A stretch of 64,000 bases of DNA from Podarcis erhardii (Eukaryota). The stretch lies in NCBI GenBank assembly GCA_964252035.1, contig OZ176204.1, one strand, 5' to 3'. Under the pieces are notes generated by a model. That model was given only the letters and a program-made list of their open reading frames with translations, did no database searches and was not told the origin of the DNA. Position 1 is the stretch's first letter. Each line of letters starts with the position of its first letter. Of the stretch, positions 1-14,480 are shown piece by piece. The position numbers were made by a program, and so were the translations under genes.

Positions 1-2372
1 TTTTTTTATACATTCCATTCTAATTGATTTATATAGAAATATCAAAACAACTGCAACTTAGAGGACATTATGTTGAAGGCTTGGTGCTAGTATAAACTTC
101 AGTAAAACTGAGTGGCAGAGATACTACTTTCTCAATTTATCTGTATACAAGTATTGCTGTAAAATGTATTAGAGATAATAAAGCTGTTAGATGATCTTGG
201 ATTTGTTACTCATTCAGCCTCATTTTGACTTTGTTGTGAATGCTAACCTGGATCAGGATTATAAAAATACTTAATATATGAAAAGCGCTCTAATGTGATT
301 AAATAATTATCATAAACTAGCTTATCCTTGCTGTGAAAACAACAGCAGCAGCTGCAATCTGAACTTCCTAATCTGTTTGTAACTTGCATGCATGCAAAGG
401 GATTCTATGTGAAAGGATAAGAAAGGATATTTCACCTCACAAACATTCTTAATTGATTCTCATTTATTTTATGCTTGGATTTTCTGGAGCTGGGAATGTG
501 AAGAATCTTGGAGGGACTGGTTGATGACAGAAGCAGAGTGAGTGAATCACAGCTACTGGTAGTAGTTTGGAAGCAGATTATATCATGACTGATGTGTAAA
601 GTACTGGAAGTCAAAATCCCAGGAACGTAACATCGTTATCTCACTGCTGGCTAAGAAAAGATGCTTCTGCTACAATAGCCAAGGGAATGAACTAATTCTG
701 AAACAATTTTCAGCTGCTTAAAAGGTCTCCTCCTCTTATTGGTAGATCAGATTCCATGCACCTGCTTTCCAAAACTCAACATCTCATTCAAGTCTTAATG
801 TGGAACCAGCATACAAACAGCTGGTCAATACCTCTCCTTTCAACATAGCTGAGCTGTTAAGGTACAGAAACACCTACTTCATAAAAATGAAATGCTGTGT
901 GGGCCATGCAGCTTAATTAAATTATAGGACCAACTCAAATCATAATTATCAGCAACAAGATCTAATAGAATCTGCAACCACAGTATAGATTACCTGAGCA
1001 TGATATCACATTTCACAACTGAATGAGTAGGACTGTCATGAACTGGCAGGGCAACAGAAGAGAAGGAAGATGATCCTGGTGAAGGGTGTTGCTGGGACTG
1101 GGACTGGGAAGGAGAGGTTGGTGTAGGAAGTACTCACGAGGTGATGGAGGATGGCAAGGGGATGGGGGCCAGTGCACAGGAAACAGAACAGAAGGACCCA
1201 CGGTGGGCTCTGAGAGATAGAGAGGAGCTGGAGGGATGTTCTAGGAGGCAGAGGCTGAGGCAGGCAGGAGCCCACAGCCCAGCTCACTAGCTGACCGGGG
1301 GGGGGGGGTATTGCTAGCTATGGAAGGTGGTGTGTGATTTCTCAGGTGGAGTAGGCTCAGAAGAGGTGTGGGTTGCATGCTTCAACTAGCCCAGATGTTG
1401 CAGTCAGCATGCAAAGTACAAAGTGGAAGCAGAACTAATGTCTGCTCAACTTCCCAGGTTGGTTGGACCATGGCTTGGATGTTCTAGGGAGCTCTTTGAG
1501 ACTATGCATGTGTGGGACTGACCTCCAGGTGCCCTGACCCCTGGATCAGCTGCAGAGATGGGAACCAGGCTTGATTGGACCATGGACTTTGCCCTGCCAG
1601 ACTGTGCACTAGTATCTACTGTGGGATTGTGCACTCCAGAGGGACTTGCTACCAGGTGGCTCAGGACAAGGACAAATAGAATGGTGATATGAAGCACATA
1701 TGTAGTTACTGTGTTAATCATGGAGACTACACCATCTCCCTTCCTTGAAGTCAGGAGGAGGAGGCCTTGCAATTTCTGAGACTGTCTCTCTTGACATCCA
1801 AATAAATCTGGCCATATATCTAGACTCAACTCAGACCTAGGTCTACCAGGATTACGTCATTGTGGGTTGTTCAGCTTCCAAACAATAGAGGCTTTTAAAT
1901 CTGGCAAAGCCAACATATTGGCAGCAGTGTCATACACTAAAATCACTGCTTGTCATTTAATCATGTATATGAAAGTGTAGGTGAGACCATGATTTGCCAA
2001 AAAAACAACACAAAGGTACAGCTCAGCAAGACTGAAATGGAGGAATCTGACATCATGGATATGTTGCTCTTTCTCGATGCATGTTGGAATTTCTCAAATT
2101 TGCTTTTCTGCTTAAAGAAAACAACACTTAATTTAATTCTGATAGAGGAATTGAATCATTTTTTAACATCTCATTCAATCTTGTGAATAAATTCTAAAGA
2201 GATTTCAACAGGATGCATCTTGCACAGCACAAGAACAGGAAACAGCCCTGTCAATATTTTCAACTAGAAAATATGTAAGCTCTGCTGCAAATCAACAAAT
2301 CAACCTGCAGAGGTTTTTTTCTGTGATGGAATGAAAAAGGTAAACTAACAAACATTAACTATATCTTACATT

Positions 2373-2428
2373 GCTGTTGTTGTTGTTTAGTCGTTTAGTC
2401 GTGTCCGACACTTCGTGACCCCTTCGTG
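2373..2428 (-). mobile_element. Very short 3' tail of a Bov-B/RTE-type LINE or Sauria-type SINE
   Basis: (GTT)n followed by TAGTCGTTTAGTCGTGTCCGAC is the reverse complement of the typical tail. 10-bp TSD ATCTTACATT at 2363-2372 and 2429-2438. Confidence 0.7.
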
Positions 2429-5400
2429 ATCTTACATTAGCAAATTCCAAAGTTTATGCATTGTGTGAAGAACTACTTCTTATAGTCTGTCCTGAATTTT
2501 CCAACAGACAATGGCATTGGGAATAGTGAAAGGCAAATTCTCCGTTCTTCAATTTAGAATTGGCTTTTTATATATGAAAATTTCAGATGACTCTTGGGGT
2601 GAAAAATTAATGTTTGCTGAGAGTTCTCTCTAGCTTATGATGTTTGCACATGCATGTTGAGAGGCATTATTATTTTTCCTCTCAGGAATAGTAGTTTGAT
2701 TTCATCTCCCTGGCACCCATTTTACAGCACAAGCCATGATGGAAAGTTACTTAGAAAGAGATGAATTAAAGACAACAGCCCACTTTTACAAAGTTTACAA
2801 GAAATAATCAAAATAATTGATCAACCTAAATAAAGAAGATACTTGCCAAACAAAATGCTGCTTAACTAGTTTCTATGGTCACATATACTTCAAAACAGTA
2901 AACAAAGTGCTTCCTTTAGATTAAGAGGTTAATATATTAAGTTTTTTTCATGCACCTACCAAGCAGTTTGTTCAGCTTTAATGTTAATTATACATGTGCA
3001 GAATTTCATTTACTATTCCAGGTTGGAGATTATCGCCTTGAGGAAATGGCACTCAACTCATAATATATGTGAGCATTGTAGGCAGACAAATTCATATTCA
3101 AATCAAGTAATTACAGACTTCAGCAACATATTTAATTGGGGAAGCAAATCGGGATATACATGTGAACAGGATTCCTGCACTTTGTGGAGCCAACTAGAAT
3201 AATAAGGTGTGATTGATATTTTGCTCATCAAGAATTATTTTAGTGGTTGATTTCCTATGAACTATGCCACATTCTTTCACTTATTTTGAAAATATGATTT
3301 GCAAGGCATGAGTATCACAGAACAGGATGTCAGTTGAAGCTGAGCAATCACCTCTTCACAACTTGTACGGTTCAACAGTGTGAAGAAAAGAAGGTACAAT
3401 GACATGGCTTCTGAAGTTGTTCATCTAAGCAGAGCTCAAGAGATGTCAGTGGATATCTAGCTATAAACCTTCATGCCAAAGCAAGAAATCAAGAACTAAC
3501 TGAAAAAAATGAATATGGCATGCTAGACAATTTGGCTGTTTTGGGCCATGACAGCACAATGTTATGTGGCTCCAGTTCTTCCTGGACTGTTTTCAGAAGG
3601 GGATACAGGGGGACTGGTTTGTAAGGCAGCTCAGTGCTCTATGCTATTTAGTATCTTCATGAAACTGCTACTATCTCAGCATATTATTACCATGCTAATA
3701 TAACCATACTCAGGTGGACTATCTATAAAGAATTAGCTCACTTGCAACTCCTTCCTCTTTACTGGCATTAAAACACCACTTTTTAGCCAGAAATGTAAGC
3801 AAAGTTCAAACGTGGGTTATATAAAATAAAATAAACTATTAAAATGCAAGTGCAATCAAAAGCCATTTAAATGATAATGTGTGGTTTTGCTTCTGAAGTG
3901 GAATTCTCAAATTAAGTAGCAGAACCCAAATTCATTTCAAACACACCATACAGAGAACAGTGCTGTTTTGCATAGAAGATATAAGTCTATTTATATCCAC
4001 TGCTTATACTTCTGTGAACAGTGCCACTCACTTAGCCACTTTACTCCCCATAAATTGTGCCTAGCAATTATACTTGTTTGTATTCATTCCACCGTAACAC
4101 AGTAAGAACTGACAATGGATGAATGTCCACAGTTGACAAGATTAGTAATATCATTCAAAAACAGTTATTACAGGTAACTTCATCCTATAAACCAACTTGT
4201 TTCAACCCAACTAAATGTCACCCAAAACTTGGCAAGGTGGACAAATCTACCATTCTACCATAGAAAGGCCACTGGTCCTTAGTTTGAGGGCACAGATTGT
4301 GCTCCATATATTCAAACCTGGAGCCATTTTGGTACTTGGATGACCCATGAGACTACCTAAAACACATTCCCTCTACAGAGAATAACTGGAAGGACAAATC
4401 AGTGGATTTTACTCTTTAGAAATTCAACTGGATTTGACATATTTATGTTACCAAATTCTCTATCATGTCAAACACATGAAAATCATGCATAATCTGAATA
4501 GATTTTGGTACTTAATCCCGTGTGAGATAAAGGATGTATCAGATGCCAGAAAAAGCTTAATTGACAGCATGTGCGTAACATACAGTGACAAAGCTCTCAC
4601 AATTTAACAACATGCTGTCAAATGAAAGCAAATACTCTGTAAACATTTTATAGTATATGGCCTAATAAAGTTCTAGATTTGAACTCTAGTAACTCTGCAG
4701 TACCGCCTTTCATCTATTTCAAAGAAGAAATAAAAAAGATTTATAGTCAGGGTGGTTTAATTTTTAAAAAACGGAAATAGATCTTTATAGGATAAATAAA
4801 ACTTCTGACCCGCTAAGTGTGATTCTGTTTCTGTTACTCCTGGAAAAGACTTTCATATTTTACATTCTGCACCTATGCTGAAGGATAAAATATTGTATAT
4901 TTCTTCAAAGAAATGAAGTTGATTTAAAACATAATGTGTGACTGGATGCATGAATGTCTATTTTATTCCACATAAATGCTTCAGGAAGCTAGTGCATGCA
5001 ATGTGTTCCTTCCCCAAAGGACAAGGTGTTAAACAGAAATGCACCCCTGTCCTTCACATGATACATTTAGTATGCCTTCCACAATACATATGGCTATTAA
5101 TTTCCATATCAGAAGAAGTACATGCAATAATTTATGCTTGGATAACCTACAAGAAGCTTAAAAGGGAGGGAAAGCTGTTCATCTTCTATTTTGACACCTG
5201 GCTATGCTAGTGCCCAAGCCTATGCCCCATACCCTGCTCATGGAGTCCACAGAATTGAGCTCCCAGGTTTCAACCATTCCACAGCTGGTTTCACTACCTT
5301 GGCTCTGGTGAGTATTTAAGGGTATCACCTCTAGATATCTCTGCTTCCAGGAACAGGATGCAATGGTAGGCGCAACTGTCCAGTGTTATTCTGTATCAGC

Positions 5401-6465
5401 TATCATATTTTATATCAGCTACCAATTAAATCAGACTATTTGGTCACAGCTCACAGCCTACTTTATGCAGTAAATTTCCACTGTATTTCCACTGAAATCT
5501 ATGAGACTACATTATGACTGCACATGAGTAGACAGTATGTGGACTGCAGCCTTAAGATTTCTTTCTGCATTTTGTTATCTGTTGTTCTTTCCAAACTGTC
5601 CTTTAGAGTCTGATTGTAGGTTGTTTTCACTTAAATTGATTTATGAATATAAAATGTAATCAGAAAGCTATGCAGTCGTGCCATTGTAAACTAGACCTCT
5701 ATATGGACATTAAAGTCATGCCTGAGCTGCAGTATGAACATTAGAAGGCTGATCCTAAATTCAATCAAGAAACTCAAAAGCTACATACCAGCTCATGAAA
5801 AAAGACAAAGAAATTCCAAGATCCTGTAGCCTTTTCATTTCAGAAAATGCCCTGACACATTTTGAGCTTTACTGCTTTTCCTCTCTATGCTACTACAATT
5901 CATACATATTAACCAGCTCGTATTGCCTTTTTATGCAAACCCTTTTATTATAAAATCAACATGTTCACACTGTGTAATGTATTTTTATTGGATGACATGA
6001 ACAAATTGATTTTATAATAAAAGCACTTCAAAATAAAGGTATTCTTCAAACTTCCCCCATTGTCTATTTTATAGTGAATGTACAAGCCCCGTTCCCATGA
6101 TATTCATGGCTCAAATCTGCCACTTGCAGGCCTGCCTGTTCACAGCTTCTCTGCCTGTGATCCAAGCCATCTGATTTCCAGTAACTGAGGGAGTTGGAAT
6201 TCAGGCTCCTCCCATCATCAGCCAAACACCTAACCTGCTACTACCTAAGGAGGAAAATCATAATAGGTTGGGCAGTAATGGCAACAGGCAGAAACTCAGC
6301 AGGTCTTTATGGTCCTATGGCCCTTTGTCAACTATCTTACTCTTCTCCTTTCTATGTAACTTCTCCTTTTTTTCCTCTCTGCAGAATGTCCACTTTCTGT
6401 GTGCATGTCTGAAGTAACCTCCTTCTCTCTTAGCACCATCCTGCTATCTGCACCAAAGGCGCGCG

Positions 6466-6492
6466 CTCTCTCTCTCTCTCTCTCTCTCTGCA

Positions 6493-6527
<35 letters not shown>
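6466..6527. repeat. Compound microsatellite (CT)12-GCAGGT-(GA)16
   Basis: Read directly. The two arms are mutually complementary. Confidence 0.95.
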
Positions 6528-6531
<4 letters not shown>

Positions 6532-7049
6532 CTCTTGCTGCCATGTCTGGTGCTTTAAAGTGGACAATCATGTGGATCATTATTCAAAGGATTAGTGCCA
6601 GATGTTATTCTTAATACAGGATATGGAAACTGGTTGTAACTTGTCAGTGGTGAAAGCTACACTACACATGGTAAAAGGTTATTATTTCATATTTCCAGGA
6701 CTAAGCCACAGTATGGAAATATGTTCTGATGGCTTGCTGTCAAATCATTCTTTTAGTTTTACAGAAATAATACTTTTGTTACTGAAAATCTGAACTGTTA
6801 AAAAACAAAGTGCATGCAACCATAAGTAACTGTTCCTCAACACATTAAAAGCTTTAATGTATTTGTTTATTTGGTTGGTCTGGTGATCACTGTGTTTGTT
6901 TCTTCAAAAACAGCATTTGAATTCAATATTTTATGCCATATGCTTAATTTCTGACTCAGAGGTGCTGGGGTGTGGCTTTGCCCAAAAGTCATGCTCATGA
7001 TCTCCAACATACATTTAAAGCATGTCTTGAGTTACATTTTAGTAGTCTG

Positions 7050-7900
7050 TCAGGATCCTGCTGAGGGTCGTCTAGAAGTCATCTAGCCATAGGAGAGTTG
7101 AGAGGGCAAAGGTTGATGCAGGACATGATGTTTTAAGGAACAAGCCTGTTGTTTAATGTAACCTTCTCAACTCCACACCCAGCTTACACTCTGTTGCACA
7201 TCCAAGTCTTAGAGATTCATTGTCTTAGGCAGAAGAGCCACAATGGGGCCATCTATAACTGGGAACTTTAGCTTGTCCATTATCGCTTGGATCAGGATGT
7301 AGTAACTGTTTGTGCATGTCATAGCTTTGCAATTTTATAGCCATTTGGCCTTGAACCTTTTCCTAAAGATGGGGTGGGCTGATATGGATTCTCACTTCAT
7401 GTGTTCTTCTCACACCACAAAAGCACTCCTTGAGGTAAGGTAGCACAGAAATGTCTACTGGGTGATTTATTCTACACTGACATGACCTTGCACAGCAATG
7501 CTATGTCGTGCTGCTGTTGGAATGGCCAGTGCAATGAGCAATCTTCTGTATCAGACTCTTCGCCCCATTCATCCTCATTATCACTCATAGTCTGGGTGTG
7601 GTCTGTTGCCCCAGAAGAGGTATTGTCTGTTTCCTATAAGATTTGTACCATTGTTAGGTTGATGCACCTTCTGGTCTCTGCCCTAGAAACCATTTGCGCT
7701 TCAGCAGATGGATGGTTCTATTGCAGCTGTGGCTGTTGAGGAGGTGCAGACTGCAGGGCTGGAACTACAAATGAAATTAAAGCTTGAATCTCCTTGGAGG
7801 TGTCCACCTGCGAAGCTTCCTTAAGGGTTAACAGTAGTTCTCTGTGCAGCTGCAGTCGCCATGGCAAAGTTTGTGTCAGGAGCTGAACTCTCTGCTGTGG
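7050..7900 (-). mobile_element. Possible decayed DIRS-like retrotransposon ORF1 (gag-like) remnant
   Basis: Minus-strand fragments KLKFPVIDGPIVALLPKT ... ECKLGVELRRLH*TTGLFLKTSCPASTFALSTLLWLDD resemble, from memory, the P.vD.pva.L ... Lkk ... W..dl pattern of DIRS1 ORF1. Contains stops and frameshifts. Ends are uncertain. Confidence 0.4.
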
Positions 7901-10199
7901 TTAAATGTTATGATTATGGGTTCCGCACCAATATTATTTTATTTGTTCTAATTTGTTTGTTTTGTTTCCTTTTGATTTTTTTGAATAAAATTCAATTTAT
8001 TTAATTAATCCTCTCTTTTAGAAATGGCCACTAGAAGTAAACAATACACTCAAAATGACAACCAGGTGTTGTATGTTTTATGCTGCCACACTCAAATGGC
8101 TACCAGATGTTGTCCCCTGTGTCTGCTAATGGAGTCTGGAGTGGCATGATTCACAGGAACCTAATATGGAAGTTGGAGAACTGGCAGGGGGAAACGAGCC
8201 ATTAAAATATCTTGCCGTTGCCTCTACTCTGATCTGATCTGGACTATAGCCTGTGGTTGCAGTTTCTTAGGGGCTAACCACTGACATTAATGGAGGCAAG
8301 GAAAGGTCATTTAAATGCTGCATCTGATTGTGGAGATAAGAAATAAAGGCTGGGGTCAACTGATTGTTGCGCGGCAAGGGGAGTTGATCTACTAGCAAAC
8401 CCAGGTTAATCAGGTGGGCAGTCTAGGATTAAGTATTTATCATTCTACAATTAATTTTGTAATCTATCTACAATTAATTAATTAGAAAACTACAATTAAT
8501 TATTTAGCTAATTAGAAAATGCACACACCATGAAATAAAATAAAATGACAAAAGTAATAACACAGGAAGGAAAAAAGTGGTAAATTCAGCCATGTGGCAA
8601 ATTCAGCCAGTGTTTTAAAGCATCTGGCTCAGACCAGGACCCCTAGATGTTTCCACCTCCATGGGGAAAGGGAACAGTAGTGAAGCCAATGTAAGGCTAC
8701 AGGCAGCACACAAGGCAAGCAAGCACTTGGACCAATATAATTCAAAGCATTTCTATGAAGAAAGTAAAGTTCCTGTCTTGGATCCCTAGACAGTGCTAAC
8801 GCCACCCAGGTCCAAGATGATCAGTATGGGAGATAGGTGCATTACATTAAAAGCAACAAATAACTACAGTGAAGAGTCTGTACAGGGCTGGCCCAACCAT
8901 TAGGCAGAGTGAGGTGGCTGCTCCAGGCAATAGTTGCTGGGATGTGAGGAGCAGAAGAGGTGTTGAAAAACAGATCTGTGTGTGTGCACCATGGCCTGCC
9001 CCATGTCCCCTAAGCAGTGTATTAGCAGAGTTGAAGTAACATTCAACTGCTAGTCTAGTTCGATTCTGTACATGGAATAAAGCGGGGTGGGCACAATCTC
9101 ATAATTCACACTGGGCAGCCTTGGGCCTGTCCTAAGCAAAAGGAAGAAGCAGCTTCAAATTCTATAACTTATTTAAACATTATTTCCTCAAAGCTGTAAG
9201 GAAGAACAAAGAAAATATACACAAGCCAATATAAGATCCCTGTTGCAAGTCATAAAAGAACACAGTATATAAAAGGTGCTGGTAGGGAACCATTCCTACA
9301 CAGCTGCCGAGAAAATGCACCTCTAAAGGAGCTCCAGGGAATACCTGAGGGATGCAAGCTATCTTGGCATTCCAAGCAAATAAATGTTAATTGCTCATTC
9401 CCAAGTAAGACTGCTATGAGAAAATGGATGGCAAACAACAGGATTTCAGGCTCTGAGTATCAAGCCCCCACTCTCAAAAAAAATGTATGAGAAAGCTAAT
9501 ATATACAAGTGTTTCTGTTTTGTTTTAAGGAAACAGCTTTATTAGTTACATTAAGCCAACTTATTAACTGTCAAAACACTTATTTCCATCAGACTCACAG
9601 ATGCATTAATAATAAATTTCTGTCCCAGAGACTCACAAATGGTAGAATGTAAATCTGTTAAGCCATTGCCAAGAATCAAGCTAAAAAGAATTACAGAACC
9701 CCTTTTTTGCTCTACCATTTCATTGATTGGGATAGGAGAGCAGTGCGTCAAAGGGGGATGGAGTGTTTAATGGAAGGGCTTTCCGTGTGGAATGAAATGT
9801 CAAGGACATTTGCACAACTGAGGCTATAAATTCCACTTACTCTGGACAAGTGACATATGTAATTGTTCATAATGTAAAATCTAAAACATAAATGAACATT
9901 TAAACCAAGTTGAAATGCATTTTGGAGTTATTGTAGTATTTTCACTCTATTTGAAAATACATGATATGCAAAATAAAAAGTTATTAGTGAAAACTTAATA
10001 GCCAAGGGTTTATACTTGTCATACAGTCTTTGAAGCTAAATGGTGGCACCCAATATTGCTCATACTCAGAATGGACCCATTTAAATCAATAGACAAGTAA
10101 TTTAAGTGTGTCTTAGTTGATTATTATCCATTATCTGCAATCCCTTGTTTGTTCCCAAAATGAACTGTGAAATAAGATTTACTCACACATATATTGGGG

Positions 10200-10200
<1 letters not shown>

Positions 10201-10233
<33 letters not shown>
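10201..10233. repeat. (GT)n microsatellite
   Basis: Read directly. Confidence 0.95.
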
Positions 10234-10236
<3 letters not shown>

Positions 10237-11134
10237 CAGAACCAAAGCAGATTCAAAGGGCTCATTGGACTGGTGCAGATAACAATCTATGGATAAGAGG
10301 TCTAGAATAAGTTGCTGCACTAGGTGCTTTCCTGCTCTCTCATACTAATTCCCCCCACATGACTTCATCATGGTTAAAATATGTTAGTACCAATCATAGT
10401 AATGGTTTATAACTACTCATTGGTTCATCAAAACAGAAAAAGGGAGAAATGATTTGGGGGAATGGAAGGAGGTTACAATTGCAGAGGGGGCAGAGGAAGA
10501 AGGGAGTAACATCCGTTCAAGTCCTCTTGCTACTCTGCTGCAAAAGCTGCCAGCAAAGTCAGGGCTTTAATAGCTATTAAGAGAAGAAGAGAAAGACAAA
10601 CCAAGCAGCTCTCAGCCACAACCGTAAGCTCCCTCCCTCAAGTGGTTTGGCTCCCCAAAATGAAACTGGAAACAGCCAAAAATTACTATCCGCAAATAGG
10701 GTGGGAGATTGGAAGTGGCTGTTTTGGTTCACCCCTAGTTTAAGCTCCTTTCCGTAAAGGAGGCTCACCATTCAGGAAAAAAAAGTTTGCAATCAAACCC
10801 AAATAAGAGCACAACAAGCAAAGAAAAGTATGAGATAATCAAGAAGCGAGCCATGTAATACATACTTGTTATGATTCCAGTTTCACATGTTTGAAAAAAT
10901 ACTTAACCTTAAATATGGGAAGACAGCCGTCAGAATGCGAGTGTGACTATTCACAAGTCAAATCACCAAAACCGGGGGGGGGGGGGAGCTGTGGTACTTC
11001 AGTACCTGCATAATGTAGACTGTGTAGTCTATAATGTTTTTAAGAATTATACAAAAGGGGTAAAATATCCAAGTTTGAACATCACATAACTTTGCATATA
11101 TCAATTGTAGAATTGTTGACAGTGGAAAATTTAC

Positions 11135-11196
11135 CTGAAGAAGGTAACAAAAAACTGTACCAGGTCCATGATGGTATTGTGTTGTGAAAATGCGAT
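11135..11196 (-). CDS. ATRNL1: ATRNL1 coding exon (62 nt): IAFSQHNTIMDLVQFFVTFF(S), start of the transmembrane segment
   Basis: Strong acceptor ctttctttctcttttcag, donor CAG|gtaaat. Phase 0 to 2. QHNTIMDLVQFF is the ATRNL1-type sequence. The next exon (CFLSLLLVAAVVWK...) was not found in 1-11134. Confidence 0.95.
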
Positions 11197-11838
11197 CTGA
11201 AAAGAGAAAGAAAGTGGGGGGGGGAAACATGGTCATTTTTTACTGAGGCTACTTTAGACAAAGGTGTTCTTTCTAGTTGGTTAAATGAAAGCAGAATGGC
11301 TGAAGTCAACCTGTTGTTGATAATATACATCATTTTCTAAGGCCTACATTATGTAAGCAAATTATGTTACCAATCCATCAAGTCTAACCATTTTGAGAGG
11401 GGTTTTTGTTTGTTTGTTTTTTTACAATCAAGTGGTGTATACATTTTATCAAACAAACAAACTTGTCCTGCATAATATCTTAACTCCAGATTAAGAGCTG
11501 GATGGACTGGAAACATGAATGTATTATATACGAACCTAAGCCCAATTCAATATACGGTATTTGACTTGGGTAAGAACATAATTTTAATAGCAATATGTTA
11601 TAATATTAAGGCTACAATCCTTTGCACACTTACTTAGGAATAATATGAGGGCTAGTCTTTTGTTTTTGCCTGAATTTGGAAGGATATTTGGGGAAATAAT
11701 TCAGGGATAGGGGCTTATAATTATGGCAGGGAAAGAGGGAATATTGGTGACAAAACACAAAACGTATTTTATGCTGGTTAATTAAGATTGTTAAATTAGT
11801 ACAAAGCAAATAAAATAATTCAGAAAAAACAAATATAT

Positions 11839-12270
11839 TGTTACACGCCACCCTAATTCTGCCAAGCAATAGCAAAATGCCAGGGGTCCTGGCACTTAAC
11901 CAGGGTTTTTGTTCCTTTGGAATGAGACACACTGGAGGCTAGTGTCTTTAAGAAATATGGTTTATTTTACACATATTTACAACCTGGGTTTTGATGCAGG
12001 AAGTTCAGAACACTACATTCCAAGAGTGTTTCTTGTTGCTCATCTCATAACTTCAGCAAGCTTGGTTACCAAGCAGCAGCCAGTCATGTTCCCCATTTTC
12101 TCAGCGTAGTCTCTCCCAGCCAGCACCGCATGAAGCCCCCACTTCCTCAAAACCTCTGATTTTGTGAAAGGACACATTTTTTCTTCTGTGATATCACACA
12201 CCCCATTACCCTTGGCCATCTCCTCCCGTCCCAGCTTACATCACTGAACACTGAAATCTTGAACCTGACA
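11839..12270 (-). mobile_element. Possible solo LTR
   Basis: TGTTACA...CCTGACA termini and AATAAA on the minus strand near the low-coordinate end. No convincing TSD. Confidence 0.35.
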
Positions 12271-12609
12271 TTTGTCTTTGATCACTACATTTTAGAAAAT
12301 GGGATACAAGAAGCTTGTAAGATATTTCAATCCAACACATGAAAAGAGGCTTCTACATATAGTTTTCTTGCTAGATGAACAACAATAGGCATGCATGCAA
12401 ATGGCAATACAGGCAAGTTCTGCTCCCAGGTTCATCTGAATGCACAGAGCCATTTTCAAAAAATAGTGCTCTACTCTTCTTGCTGCAGACTGGATTTAAC
12501 AGACAGTTGACAATTACAGATTTCCAAACCATGGTTGAATGTAGGTCTCTTGGAAGATTCAAAATAGTTTACACTAGTCTTCTCTTTCTTAAGTGTCAGG
12601 CAGAGACTA

Positions 12610-12868
12610 CTGTATTTTTCGCTCTATAAGACGCTCCAGACCACAGGACGCACCTAGTTTTTGGAGGAGGAAAACAAGAAAAAAAAAATTCTGAATCTCA
12701 GAAGCCAGAACAGCAAGAGGGATCACTGCGCAGTGAAAGCAGCAATCCCTCTTGCTGTTCTGGCTTCTGGGATAGCTGCACAGCCTGCATTCGCTCCATA
12801 AGATGCACACAAATTTCCCCTTACTTTTTAGGAGGGAAAAAGTGAGTCTTATAGAGCAAAAAATACGG
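12610..12868. mobile_element. Tc1/mariner (Tc2/pogo-type) MITE
   Basis: TIRs CTGTATTTTTCGCTCTATAAGAC / GTCTTATAGAGCAAAAAATACGG, flanked by TA on both sides. Confidence 0.85.
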
Positions 12869-13105
12869 TAATTTATCATGGATGAAATCATTAAGCCCAG
12901 GGGTTTACCTGGGACCAAGGGCGCCAGCTCCTGGCGGCTGAGTCCTTTTGCCCTCCCCCATGCCCCAAAAACATGGAGGCAAAGCACGGAGCTGAGTGCG
13001 GCTCAGCTCCAGTGGTGGCTCCTTCTCTTCCTTCTCTTCCTCATGCCGTGAATGAAAAATGAGTGATTTGCTTGTGCGTGGTAAGCTATGGTTTATGTCT
13101 TACAG

Positions 13106-13311
13106 CAGAGCTTTCCAAACTTTTAATGTCGGTGACACACTTTTTAGACATGAATCATTTCGCGACACAGTAATTCAGTCTTACTAGCAAACTAGAGATT
13201 AAGCTAACTCCTTTCAAGCCCTGGGAGGAGTGTGGGGAACATTCCCGCAACACACCTACACACTGCAGCTGACACACTAACGAGTCACGAGACACAGTTT
13301 GGAAAGCTCTG
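13106..13311. mobile_element. hAT-type MITE
   Basis: 16-bp TIR CAGAGCTTTCCAAACT / AGTTTGGAAAGCTCTG. 8-bp TSD TCTTACAG/GCTTACAG (7 of 8). Confidence 0.85.
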
Positions 13312-14480
13312 GCTTACAGCTTCAAGAAAACAGCCAAAGAAACGCACGTGACTTGCAGAAATAATTTCCCCCAGTTAAAAACCAGTATCAGGCAGCAGAA
13401 CTAGAAAAGACCTCTGCCTAAGGCTTTGGAGATCTGTCATTAGACAGGAGGGACCATTTGGGGCTACATAAACCAATGATGTAAGACATATATTTCAGTC
13501 TGTAGGGTTTCTTCAGAGTACTAGTTTTAAATGGGAAGATAAAATACAGATAAAATATAAACAATTTCCAACAGAGTTCTATCATAGTTATATTATTAAA
13601 AAGCCATTTGTTGAAGGAGGTTTTACATTCTGCATGATGAGAATAATTTTCACTTATGGTATAAGCATTCATTTGAATTGTTCATTACACACATACACAA
13701 ATATATTATCAAGGAAAACTACTGCAATCAATAATCACAGTCCAGTTGATTATACCACGGTAGTCATATGAAAATATTTTAACCTCAGTTATTTCATAAG
13801 CAGGTAAGCATGTGAATTTTCATCATATCAAAAGGCAACCAAATACACTATTAATGAATAAATGATGTATAGATTACTGAAGAAGCTTGTGGATGTAATC
13901 TCAGAGCCTCGGTCAATACCAAATCCCTCTTTTTAAATGTTTCATAATCTCCTCTAGGAAGGCATCACCCAAATTTTCAGTCTGGCTTGGAAGTCTATAG
14001 CAGAAACACAGAGTAAGGTCACCGTTGTTTCCCTCCCCTACAATTTTTACTCATGTACTCTGAATCAGCCTTCCATGCCTCAGGCCATGGACCTCTTCAC
14101 AAGTATAAATTTCCTTTACATATAGTGTTATAGATAGTCTCCTCAGTGTGGATGTTAAACTCAAATCAGAACCATTTCTCCCTCAGTCAAATCGTATCCT
14201 AATCCCTACCTCACTTTTGAAATCAAGTCCTATCTCTGTCCCTGTCAAACTCCAGCTCTTTCCTTCTCTATCCCTAATTTAAGAAACTCCCTCAGAAACT
14301 GCTTGTCTTATTCTCTCTCCTGCCCCCTGCTCTGGCTAGCTGTCTTGGTAGCTTAATCATAGAGAGGCTCCAGCACTCTGGTGGAATTTCTGAGGGACTG
14401 CATCACCGGACACTGGTCTGGCACTGCTGTCTGCCACACCATCTCTTACCAGAAGTTCTTCCTCAAGGAAGTGGAGACCT

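Noticed and set aside
436-650. Possible extra minus-strand exon (acceptor ttttcttag at 651-652, donor-like gtgaaa)
   Set aside because: In phase 2 after the 62-nt exon it reads S-Q-Q-stop, and it has no attractin similarity.
1446-1829. 127-aa minus-strand ORF in a GC-richer block
   Set aside because: No recognisable motif. It may be an old TE remnant but cannot be assigned.
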